A DNA stretch of 64,000 nt, from positions 39,830 through 103,829 of IMG/VR virus record IMGVR_UViG_3300017774_003070, one strand, 5' to 3'. The DNA is from a virus. The notes beneath the pieces were generated by a model that saw only the letters and a program-made list of their open reading frames with translations, searched no databases and was not told the origin of the DNA. The position numbers and the translations under genes were made by a program. Shown here piece after piece: positions 47,174 to 55,803 of this stretch; position 1 is the first letter of the stretch, and every line of letters starts with the position of its first letter.

Positions 47174-48316
47174 TTATTTACGAGCATCATAGCTCAGGGA
47201 CATGATTTTACTTGAATACTTACCATCCAAACTTCTAACTACAATTCCTTCAATCATATTGCTAGTAAAGTATTCTTCACAAGTCTTCAGAAGCTCTTCA
47301 CGGCTTTCAAATGTCTGATTGAATACAATAGTAGGATGTTGGAAACCAAGAGCCGCTACAAGTTCTATGTACTCCATATGAGACATTCTCTCAGCCTTAT
47401 CAAAGTACCAGTCAGCACCAAAGAAGTAAATAGTTGGTTCAATCCTAGCATGTGGATTATTCTTGTTTCCAGAACCATTGCTAGCTCCTTGACCGACTAA
47501 TTCACCACGAAGAGCTATGGATATGTTTCTTTCAGTGCAGTAGGCTACAAGCTTCTCCAAATAAGGCTTACCAACCTTGACAAACTCAGATTCAGATTCA
47601 ATCTCAGTGTAAGTAGCTCTGTCATAACCAAACAATGACCAGAACCATGCTTTCCAAGACTTATCAAATCCAGTCTTCTTAAAGTACTTCAGAGGCTTCT
47701 CAAGGTTACGGGAGCAGATTCCAGCTTTACCATCTTTAAAATACAGAGAAATTGAGCTGCCGTCACACTTGACCTGACCAATTAGTTGTATAGGAAAAGG
47801 AAGAGTAATCTTGTTAATGTTTGGTTCATCAGTTCGGTACAATCCTTCTGGAAACTCACGAGAAGCACCAGCTTGACCTGTATTACCTTTGGTTCGTTCA
47901 GGAGCTTCGTACTTGTAAAGACCAATTTGTTTGGCGGCTTCTTCTAAACTTCCCCACTTGCGTACTCGAAGTACTGACATAGCCTCATCATAAGGAAGTA
48001 GAATACCATTGGAGTAAACAGGTAAACCATCACCACGATGTAGATTAAATTTGATTGCTCTGATTCTATTATGAGAGCCTAACTTAGACTTTTTGGGGTC
48101 GCCAAAAGGTTTAGTATAGGATTCAAATAGAGGCACATCGTCTGGAAGATTGTAGTCTGGTTCAATGAATATGACTAGATCACCAACTTGGTATAGATCT
48201 TTCTGTGCTACTAACTGAAATCCAAACTCCTCAATTTCAATAAGTTCAATTGAATTCGCAGGTTCTTCACCCTTATACAATTGGATCTTGTCTTTAATTG
48301 TTACTATGTGAATCAT
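47174..48316 (-). CDS. ATP-dependent RNA ligase (Rnl2/DRB0094 family)
   Basis: KCDGSS (I), RGEL.G (III), EGIVVR (IV), KIMS (V); N-terminal OB-like domain. Confidence 0.85.
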   Translation of the reverse strand: MIHIVTIKDKIQLYKGEEPANSIELIEIEEFGFQLVAQKDLYQVGDLVIFIEPDYNLPDDVPLFESYTKPFGDPKKSKLGSHNRIRAIKFNLHRGDGLPVYSNGILLPYDEAMSVLRVRKWGSLEEAAKQIGLYKYEAPERTKGNTGQAGASREFPEGLYRTDEPNINKITLPFPIQLIGQVKCDGSSISLYFKDGKAGICSRNLEKPLKYFKKTGFDKSWKAWFWSLFGYDRATYTEIESESEFVKVGKPYLEKLVAYCTERNISIALRGELVGQGASNGSGNKNNPHARIEPTIYFFGADWYFDKAERMSHMEYIELVAALGFQHPTIVFNQTFESREELLKTCEEYFTSNMIEGIVVRSLDGKYSSKIMSLSYDARK

Positions 48317-48317
48317 T

Positions 48318-49391
48318 CTAAAAACGATTTAATTCATAAAATTGATTGACTGCACCATCAAACCCAACTACCAATTCTCTATCTTCCAGTACACCTTCTC
48401 GTGTCTTTAGAAAGCAAAGTGATCTAATGCGTTGTTTACGTTGTTCCACTTCATTAAGATTGATACCATTGTACACTCCTCCTGCAATGTGTTCTTTCCA
48501 CTTGTGAGGGTCAAATATCCCTATCACAAAAGTAGCGTCATCAGCAGAGTTTTTGTACAAAGCAAGACCATCAATAGAAGGTTTAACTTTCTCAATAAAC
48601 GTCTTAGGTTTAATGTTGGCTTCTATTTGATCTTTAGCTTTTACTTGCTGTTGAATCAAAAAGTTAATACAACCATACTTTAAACCAAGAATAACACGAG
48701 ATTGAGTGATGCAAAACTCTTGAAGAGTATCGTAAAGGGTAGTTCCTCTTCTCGGCCTGTAACAACCTATGTGATCAGATACTACAATTACAAATTGATT
48801 AGGGTCGTCATAGATAAATACTTCTTCTTTCTTCCCATCAATCTCCATCATTTGTAAACTACCATACTTACTCATTTCTGACACTACTAGATTAAAGAAC
48901 TTAGTAGCATCAGACTCAGTGACTAGAGTAAGATTAGGTTCTATCTCAATCTCATAAAAATCTGTAGCTTCCTTAACCAATTCTAATTGACGTGGTGTAA
49001 GTAGTGTTTCTGAGTAGCCAAGAAGCTGGTAATAAGATACATGCTCTTCAAACTCACTCAAGTATTCAATAAGATAATTAGACTTGAACTTCTCTTCAGC
49101 TTCTTCCAGAGTATTAAATATAATCGAAATCTTTAGCTTGGGTTTTATTCTCCTGAGATTAGTAAGTGTATTAAGGAGAAAGTGAGCAAGCTTTGATTTT
49201 CCGACTCCGGTTGATCCGCTGAGAATTCCGTGGTCGCCTTTAATGAATCCTGGAAATGAGTTTCGTAAAGAAGGGAATGCATAGTACAAAGGAAGAAAGT
49301 TTACATCTCCTTGCTTAATTGCTTCTTGGTTAGTAATGATTCGATCATATAAACCGCGAAAGGTCATACTTAGTATTCTTACGTGATGCAA
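48318..49391 (-). CDS. DnaB-like replicative helicase
   Basis: GSTGVGKS Walker A, TLEE, VSDHI, KTREG; probable start 49367. Confidence 0.8.
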   Translation of the reverse strand: MHHVRILSMTFRGLYDRIITNQEAIKQGDVNFLPLYYAFPSLRNSFPGFIKGDHGILSGSTGVGKSKLAHFLLNTLTNLRRIKPKLKISIIFNTLEEAEEKFKSNYLIEYLSEFEEHVSYYQLLGYSETLLTPRQLELVKEATDFYEIEIEPNLTLVTESDATKFFNLVVSEMSKYGSLQMMEIDGKKEEVFIYDDPNQFVIVVSDHIGCYRPRRGTTLYDTLQEFCITQSRVILGLKYGCINFLIQQQVKAKDQIEANIKPKTFIEKVKPSIDGLALYKNSADDATFVIGIFDPHKWKEHIAGGVYNGINLNEVEQRKQRIRSLCFLKTREGVLEDRELVVGFDGAVNQFYELNRF

Positions 49392-49914
49392 TCTCTTCTA
49401 CAAATGTTCGTAGTGTAGAACCATTCTGATCCTCAATGAAGTTATTAAAGTCCTTGATGAATCTACCATTCTCAGCACAACTCTCAATGTAAACCTTAGC
49501 TGCTTCCTCTGCTTGTTCTAACGTAATACCATTGTTTTCCATAAAAAGCTTCAACTTAGCAAGAGAAGTAATTGGATCACCAGCTTTACCTACTTGTCCT
49601 GAGAATGAACTTGTAAAGTAATCTCGTACTCTGCTTAGTTCACCTTCTACTTGATTTTGAATAAACAGTGGCTTTGTTAATACTAGTCTTGATCCTTCTT
49701 GCTTGTAGTTTGTCGTTAATAGTCCATTCTTATAGTCTTCAACAATCAGTTTTTCTATTACGTGGTCGTACTCTGCTTTCGTCACAACAACTCCAGACTC
49801 ATCAGTTAAGAGTTCTGAGATGTTTATTCCTTCCTCTATACAAAAGAGGACTAACTTTTTGATCTTACTTTCACTTTCGGTAAGACCTTCAATGTAACAC
49901 GGATTAATTAGCAT
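49345..49914 (-). CDS. Hypothetical replication-associated protein
   Basis: Overlaps helicase start; A.K.YI...FI motif. Confidence 0.5.
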   Translation of the reverse strand: MLINPCYIEGLTESESKIKKLVLFCIEEGINISELLTDESGVVVTKAEYDHVIEKLIVEDYKNGLLTTNYKQEGSRLVLTKPLFIQNQVEGELSRVRDYFTSSFSGQVGKAGDPITSLAKLKLFMENNGITLEQAEEAAKVYIESCAENGRFIKDFNNFIEDQNGSTLRTFVEEIASRKNTKYDLSRFI

Positions 49915-49947
49915 ATAATGTATTTAGAGGGGTTCAGAAATGCTTAA

Positions 49948-50190
49948 TTAGGATTCAATAATAACTAAACGCCTTTTAGTTAAAACATACTTGTCCCAAA
50001 ACTGTTCTCTATCAGATTCAGCTTTTTCAGGATCATTGGTATATTCTAACCATTCTTCTTCAATAGCTGCTCTTACTGATTCCTCTGAGTTGGCTTGATA
50101 CAAACCTCTTACACAATCCCATCCATCTTGAGTAGATGTCAAGATAAAGTAAAGAGGTTCCGTAGGTAACTCTCTGTCAAAGTAACTCAT
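49948..50190 (-). CDS. Hypothetical protein
   Basis: Co-directional ORF. Confidence 0.5.
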   Translation of the reverse strand: MSYFDRELPTEPLYFILTSTQDGWDCVRGLYQANSEESVRAAIEEEWLEYTNDPEKAESDREQFWDKYVLTKRRLVIIES

Positions 50191-50526
50191 AACTTACCAT
50201 TTTTATCAAGGTGATATACTACAGCTAGTGCCGTGTAACCAACAAGAAACGTTAGTAAAACTGCATTCCTGTGCCAATTATATTCTTGAGTGAAGAGGTT
50301 AAAAAGTAGGTACAAGAACAATACTCCGTGAACCATAGCTTGCCAATGTATTTGTTTCATAATTTGGTACTGAACAGTTTGTAAAATAAAGGAGTAATTA
50401 GAATACAGAGTACAAGTCTAATGACCATTCCTTTTATTGTATCTGGAATCCAATAACCAAATAACAGTTTGACTATAATAGTTTGCCCCATCAATGTTAT
50501 TAGAAAACACCACAGGTAATTGATTT

Positions 50527-51822
50527 TCATAATCTTAAATTTTCCTTAGTTATTAAATTACTCTCAACTTCAGCTACTACATTCAAGTTAACTTTCCTAG
50601 TCTTTCTACCTTTCGAGTCTTTCACCTTTTGCATCTCTACCAGCCACTTTTCCTCGTAAGTGTCACGAGCTACAATAATATACACTCTTCCTACCTTCCC
50701 TTCAACACGTCTGATGACTCTACCTATCGTTTGTATGAGTTGACCAGAACTTGATTGAAAAGTAACTAGAATGATATTTTGTAGACCTTTGAGAGTGACA
50801 CCTTGCTGTAGTGCTTTAGAAGTAGCTATTACATCAATCTCACCAGCATTGAACTGTGAAACTAGACGTACTGCATCTTTCTTGTCATCAACTACATTAG
50901 GAGTTAATTCCCACAGTAGTTCTTTCTCAACTGAGAAGAGAATTGTAGGAGTGTCGATGAGATCAAGAATCTGTTTAACTACAGGTACTTTGGACTTGAG
51001 CTTGTACAAGAACTTAGGCATATGCACTTTGATGATCTGACTAGCCTGATAGATTAATCCCTTTCTAGTCTTATCGGCAGGGTTGTCAATACTGAATCCT
51101 TGTGCAAATAACTTATTCGAGTAAGCTTTTCTCTTGTCCCACCAATCTTTCTCAGTGGTTGTCCAAGTAGCTGTAATAGCACAGTTCTTGTTAGTGTTAT
51201 CTAAGTTGTGGTAGATAATTACAGTCTCAAACGGAGAAAGTACTTCTAAGTCAATCAGCTCATCTTCTGTCTTGGTGTAGACTATAGGACAAAACATCTT
51301 CAGTAAGTCCCCCTTGGTCGTTTGAAATGTAATCTGCTTATTGTCTATTTGTTCTTGAGTCATGTGAAGCTTAGGAACTGCTTTATCTGGATAAACATAC
51401 AGATTCTCGTTGGGAGTACCAGTAAGTCCAAGTTTGTACTTTGCAATTGACTCACTTATCTGACTTAATCTGCTATTTGTAGCTGCGTCGTGGCATTCGT
51501 CATAGCATTCAAACACACCTGATTTATCAGAGTTAGCTTGATAGGTTGTGAATTCAATCTTGAAGTCCTTAACTGGATTCATTCCAAAGATAGATTCAAA
51601 CTTATCTGCTTCTGGTATTACAGTATTCTGCCATCTATTTGACCTTTCAGCTTTAAATACAACCAAGTCTTCACTAGTTAATAAACCTGCATCCTGAAGC
51701 CTGTAGAGACTCTTGAAGAAGCAGAAAGTCTTTCCAGCTCCTACACCCAAGTTGAGTGTTCCAACGTAGCCAGCTTTCTCCCAGGCATCTACAGCCTCAT
51801 TTTGTATCTGATCCTGTATCAT
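50527..51822 (-). CDS. Superfamily 2 (UvsW-like) helicase
   Basis: Q motif, GVGAGKT, DECH, LTGTP, QTIGRVIR. Confidence 0.85.
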   Translation of the reverse strand: MIQDQIQNEAVDAWEKAGYVGTLNLGVGAGKTFCFFKSLYRLQDAGLLTSEDLVVFKAERSNRWQNTVIPEADKFESIFGMNPVKDFKIEFTTYQANSDKSGVFECYDECHDAATNSRLSQISESIAKYKLGLTGTPNENLYVYPDKAVPKLHMTQEQIDNKQITFQTTKGDLLKMFCPIVYTKTEDELIDLEVLSPFETVIIYHNLDNTNKNCAITATWTTTEKDWWDKRKAYSNKLFAQGFSIDNPADKTRKGLIYQASQIIKVHMPKFLYKLKSKVPVVKQILDLIDTPTILFSVEKELLWELTPNVVDDKKDAVRLVSQFNAGEIDVIATSKALQQGVTLKGLQNIILVTFQSSSGQLIQTIGRVIRRVEGKVGRVYIIVARDTYEEKWLVEMQKVKDSKGRKTRKVNLNVVAEVESNLITKENLRL

Positions 51823-51997
51823 GTTTGACTAAGTTCTTTATCAGTAAAGTAATTAGAATTATGAATGAAACAGAGTTGGCAGAGAGATACAGAATCTCAT
51901 CCTTTGATAACTCGTCAAACTTTTGAAAGAGTCTTAGTGCAAAGCCTAGTGAAAACACACTTGCAAACCAAGTCACTATAAGTAATGTAGTTTTCAT
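51797..51997 (-). CDS. Small two-TM membrane protein
   Basis: Two hydrophobic helices. Confidence 0.5.
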   Translation of the reverse strand: MKTTLLIVTWFASVFSLGFALRLFQKFDELSKDEILYLSANSVSFIILITLLIKNLVKHDTGSDTK

Positions 51998-52009
51998 AAA
52001 TCAATATTT

Positions 52010-52285
52010 TCAGACCAGCTCATCTAAGTACATTTTTCGTAGTTCTAAATATTCACGAGCAATTGCAATAGCTTCTTTCTCATGTAAATACAGTTTCAAA
52101 CTATCTAAGCAATCTAAGTCCTCAGAAGATACATAAAACCAATTATCGCAGAGATAGTTGTCATCCCATTTAATCAGAGAGTATTCTTTCTTGTGATCTT
52201 CTCTTGATTTTACCATCTCATAAGTGGCTACATGACCATACTTGCTTAGGTAAAGATGTTTAGGCCAATTCACAGTGTTTTCCAT
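52010..52285 (-). CDS. Hypothetical protein
   Basis: Co-directional ORF. Confidence 0.5.
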   Translation of the reverse strand: MENTVNWPKHLYLSKYGHVATYEMVKSREDHKKEYSLIKWDDNYLCDNWFYVSSEDLDCLDSLKLYLHEKEAIAIAREYLELRKMYLDELV

Positions 52286-52441
52286 ATCCTTACATTTTTA
52301 GCTGACTTTGGTACTTTACTTCTTACAGAATCAATATTGTCAGCTTGAACTTTCTTGTTCTTCCAAACTTGTCTAATTGTGTATTCGATGATGTACCAGC
52401 TCATGCTAATTAGTTTTAGAAGTTTATAAACTTGTCTTCAT

Positions 52442-52705
52442 CTAAAATCCATCAAAGTAAACGTTCAGTTCCTCCTCGTAAGGTGTATTCAGTTCTTTTG
52501 TGAGATCAGCTATCCTACGAAATGAATGTTCTTCCCACATTCCAGTATCGGTAAGTACAATCTTGTAGAAGCCATCCACATCTCTAACAACACATCCATG
52601 GATCTGTCCATTGAACTTAATGTCATATACAGACGGATTACTTGTAGGAGATAAGAAAATGATATTCTTAGGACTACTGTTCACTTTGTCTGATTTCATG
52701 TTCAA
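52442..52705 (-). CDS. Hypothetical protein
   Basis: DVDGFY...W......IAD...ELN motif. Confidence 0.5.
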   Translation of the reverse strand: MNMKSDKVNSSPKNIIFLSPTSNPSVYDIKFNGQIHGCVVRDVDGFYKIVLTDTGMWEEHSFRRIADLTKELNTPYEEELNVYFDGF

Positions 52706-52913
52706 CTGCTTTCATACAGAAGTACTTAGAGCCAGTAGACAATCTTTCACTATCAGGTTGAATCATCTTGTAGAATACTTCCCACATATCACCAAATCTG
52801 TGCATGATAGTGTAATCTCCAAGTGTCATGTAGTAACTATGATCTATCCAATCAAATAATCTACCGTCATTGTAGATGGGAAAGTTCTCAGACTCAATTA
52901 GTTCTAATCCCAT
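52674..52913 (-). CDS. Hypothetical protein
   Basis: Co-directional ORF. Confidence 0.45.
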   Translation of the reverse strand: MGLELIESENFPIYNDGRLFDWIDHSYYMTLGDYTIMHRFGDMWEVFYKMIQPDSERLSTGSKYFCMKAVEHEIRQSEQ

Positions 52914-52915
52914 AA

Positions 52916-53410
52916 TTAGAATTGTTTACCATGTTTGTAAGCTCTCGTAAGATTGTAGTCTAACTTCCACATGATGTAGGATAGCAAATCAAACTTGTGA
53001 TGTACAGCATAACTATAAAGTCCTGTGAGTACACTAGAAAGTGCGATGTCTTTTTCTTCGTTTGCTAAAACCAAGTTAACTTCCTTGTTCAGCATGAGAA
53101 AGTTACAACCTTCATCAACTCCAAACATAAAGTTCACACTGTTCAAAACTGCAACTTGTAGATTATTACCACCAGCCCAATCGTAAACACGAATTGCTGC
53201 ATCAGCAATTTCTACTTCAAAAGAGTCTTTAACTGCTTGAGTATCATTCCAATCAGGCTTTACTCGAACTTTACGAAAAGCTTCAAGAGCTTCATAGATT
53301 TCAGAATTAATAAGTGCAAGTGACATAGATTCAGTAAGAGGTTGCTCCCAAAATCCCTTATCTACAGCTTGCTTGTGTGACCTTTCAATTAGTTGTTGGT
53401 GATTCATCAT
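52916..53410 (-). CDS. MazG-like NTP pyrophosphohydrolase
   Basis: KGFW...LALINSEI.EALEA.R...EIAD..IR..D...KL.YN.TR.YKHGK. Confidence 0.85.
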   Translation of the reverse strand: MMNHQQLIERSHKQAVDKGFWEQPLTESMSLALINSEIYEALEAFRKVRVKPDWNDTQAVKDSFEVEIADAAIRVYDWAGGNNLQVAVLNSVNFMFGVDEGCNFLMLNKEVNLVLANEEKDIALSSVLTGLYSYAVHHKFDLLSYIMWKLDYNLTRAYKHGKQF

Positions 53411-53600
53411 TTAGTATTATGTTGATTAGTTTAAATTCTTCAGCCCAAGTATGATCACAAGTCTTGCATACAACTTCTCTGTAAGCAGCAGTACCTATTG
53501 CATCAAACTCTGACCCTGAAATATCATCAGAACCACAGTAAGGACATTCACTAGGGTCTTTAAGATATTGTCCAAGTGTAATTTCAAGTGGTCTACTCAT
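53385..53600 (-). CDS. Zinc-ribbon protein
   Basis: CPYC...CKTC...W.E.F.L. Confidence 0.7.
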   Translation of the reverse strand: MSRPLEITLGQYLKDPSECPYCGSDDISGSEFDAIGTAAYREVVCKTCDHTWAEEFKLINIILNDESPTTN

Positions 53601-53832
53601 TTTAGCTTACTAGATATGTGATAAAAAACTTTGCAATTGCAAACAGACTAGCAAGGAAAATAAATCCAATTAGGACAAATAATCCTTTAGCAAATGGTGT
53701 TAATTGTGGTTTACTCATTTTTCAATCTATTTAATACGTTGACAAGAAATGTTGAGGGTCTTGATAATAAGTGTACTTTCTCTTACTTCAGAAACTACCC
53801 ATTTGACACCTTCATGTGTTATTCTATCTCCT

Positions 53833-54069
53833 TTACTCATTGACCTCAACAATTTTAACGTTAATAACTGATCCCATATTCTTAATCTTCTCTTCTTCAG
53901 GTGCAGTAGTAGTTTCAAACTCAATGATCATGTAAGTAGCACTATGATTGATTAGCACAGTATCATTAATTAAGCCTCTGTTAAGTAAACTAAAGAACTG
54001 ATGATACGCTTTAGGTCTACTAAACTCTACGGATACAGTCCATTTCATTTCAAGTAGCTTGCAACCCAA
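53833..54069 (-). CDS. Hypothetical protein
   Basis: Co-directional ORF. Confidence 0.45.
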   Translation of the reverse strand: MGCKLLEMKWTVSVEFSRPKAYHQFFSLLNRGLINDTVLINHSATYMIIEFETTTAPEEEKIKNMGSVINVKIVEVNE

Positions 54070-54728
54070 TTCTCAATTACATCAGCACACTCAATCTTAC
54101 TTTGTATGTCAGAAGGTTTAGCTTTGATAGCCGCTTCTACACGAGCGTTACTCATTCCTCTTCCTATACACAGTTTGTAAGCAGATTCAATGTCTTTCCA
54201 AGCTGGAATGTCTTCCCCCAATTTCATCTGGATAGCTGCTGCAAAGTCTTCCTTGTCATCCAACTTGGTTTCTTTAAGACTTTCCATCAACTCCTGATAT
54301 TGTGCATTAAGCGTACGTTCCATTCTACCAGACACATCGTAAGTAGGCTCTACTTGTTTCTTTGCTTCGTGAGTTTCAATTAACTTGAGAAGACTTTCAG
54401 CATTACTGTAGTACTTTCCTTCTTTAGTATCAGGAAGTGACTTGTAACGTCTGTAGTCAGACATAATCTTAGTCAATGAATCTTTAGTTGACCTTTGAGT
54501 TGGTTTAGATGGTACTGTACTTGCATCAATTCCTGCTAGTGAGAGCACTGCTTCTATGATACGAGAACGTTGAATGCCTGCATTTTCACTACTAATAGTA
54601 TTTCCATTCACTTTCTTTTCTAAATCGTTAAACCTTGAAGTCAGTAAAATAACTTCATTGCTAAAAGGTAAAGATTCAAGTGCTTCCTTGGTCTTACCTT
54701 GAGAAATAAGTTGTTGTATCTTGTTCAT
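54045..54728 (-). CDS. EAD11 (effector-associated domain 11) protein
   Basis: IQQLISQGKTKEAL...NEVILLTSRFNDL....GNTIS.E......SRI..A.L.L matches the EAD11 pattern; start set at M8. Confidence 0.7.
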   Translation of the reverse strand: MNKIQQLISQGKTKEALESLPFSNEVILLTSRFNDLEKKVNGNTISSENAGIQRSRIIEAVLSLAGIDASTVPSKPTQRSTKDSLTKIMSDYRRYKSLPDTKEGKYYSNAESLLKLIETHEAKKQVEPTYDVSGRMERTLNAQYQELMESLKETKLDDKEDFAAAIQMKLGEDIPAWKDIESAYKLCIGRGMSNARVEAAIKAKPSDIQSKIECADVIENWVASYLK

Positions 54729-54888
54729 TTTTATAATTTTTAGCTTCATCTTTAGCTAACTGAAGCGTATTGTACGAGTTAATGTAAATCTTGTTGTAAT
54801 ACAACTTAAAGAACCCGTGAATCTGTATAATTGTAAAGTCATTACAAGTCCATACTTGCTGATTATTATACGTCCATTCCATCTTCAA
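54694..54888 (-). CDS. Hypothetical protein
   Basis: Packed ORF. Confidence 0.45.
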   Translation of the reverse strand: MKMEWTYNNQQVWTCNDFTIIQIHGFFKLYYNKIYINSYNTLQLAKDEAKNYKNEQDTTTYFSR

Positions 54889-55057
54889 GTGTTATACCAG
54901 TTAATGTGTAATGTTCTAACCATTCTTTCTCACAATTATAGCACCTCACGTACTTTGTAAGTTTAGTATTCTTATTGATAGTTTCGTAGGCTGTTATGTG
55001 CTTAGACTCACAGTAAGGGCATTTGTCAGCAGACTCTAAGTATTCTTCTTCAGTCAT
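54866..55057 (-). CDS. Zinc-ribbon protein, paralogue of 53385..53600
   Basis: YL....KCPYC...CYNC...W.E.Y.L. Confidence 0.7.
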   Translation of the reverse strand: MTEEEYLESADKCPYCESKHITAYETINKNTKLTKYVRCYNCEKEWLEHYTLTGITLEDGMDV

Positions 55058-55320
55058 CGGTCTAACTGCTTTTGATATTCTTCTTCAGTAAGGCAATATG
55101 AGCCGTCCATAGCTATACCGTTAAGGCTTTGTCCTTTAAACATTTCCATTTTAGCATGTTTACCAAGATCAGTTATAATGATCTGATCAAGAATCTTCAC
55201 TGCTGAGTAGACATGCCCTTCTTCAAATACTCCAGCCAAGTCTCTACCCATTAGTACAGCGTTAAAACCATCTAATTTAGTTATTCGTGTTATCATTTTG
55301 GTTGTAAGATGTAACACCAA
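55054..55320 (-). CDS. Hypothetical protein
   Basis: ATGA-coupled to next gene. Confidence 0.5.
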   Translation of the reverse strand: MVLHLTTKMITRITKLDGFNAVLMGRDLAGVFEEGHVYSAVKILDQIIITDLGKHAKMEMFKGQSLNGIAMDGSYCLTEEEYQKQLDR

Positions 55321-55384
55321 GTGTCAGTGTCTTGTAAAATTGGATAGAGATCATGTGGAAAGTTATTTCCGTAGTTGTCTTTCA

Positions 55385-55588
55385 TTAGTTAATATATTTA
55401 GCTACTTCCTGATCTTCTGGATTGATGTTGAGATCAAGTTTCCAAGCCAGAATTTCAAAAGGAGATATGAATTCAGGATAGTAGCGACAAGAATCAGTTA
55501 ATGCCTGCATCAAATACTCTACTTTTTTGTAGTCATCTAATTGCTCCCACAAATCCTTAAAGTCTTTTAAAGAGATATTGTTTTCCAT
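55385..55588 (-). CDS. Hypothetical protein
   Basis: TAATG overlap. Confidence 0.5.
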   Translation of the reverse strand: MENNISLKDFKDLWEQLDDYKKVEYLMQALTDSCRYYPEFISPFEILAWKLDLNINPEDQEVAKYIN

Positions 55589-55788
55589 TAGTATTCTATT
55601 TGGTCAGTTACTTCAGTCAAATACTGTTCGTTCACAGGTATTCTCTCACCATCTTCCAATTCTACCATTAAAGGGTCTTCACAAGTAATTATACCTACAC
55701 AAGGTGTAGCCACATAGGGGTAACCTTCGTAGACATTGTGAATGCAAACTTGAGTTCCTATTTCCATAATGTTTATTATTATAAGCAA
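55588..55788 (-). CDS. Small hypothetical (SH3-like) protein
   Basis: IGTQV...GII...VELEDG......L. Confidence 0.45.
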   Translation of the reverse strand: MLIIINIMEIGTQVCIHNVYEGYPYVATPCVGIITCEDPLMVELEDGERIPVNEQYLTEVTDQIEY

Positions 55789-55803
55789 AATGCTGTAAAA
55801 TGA

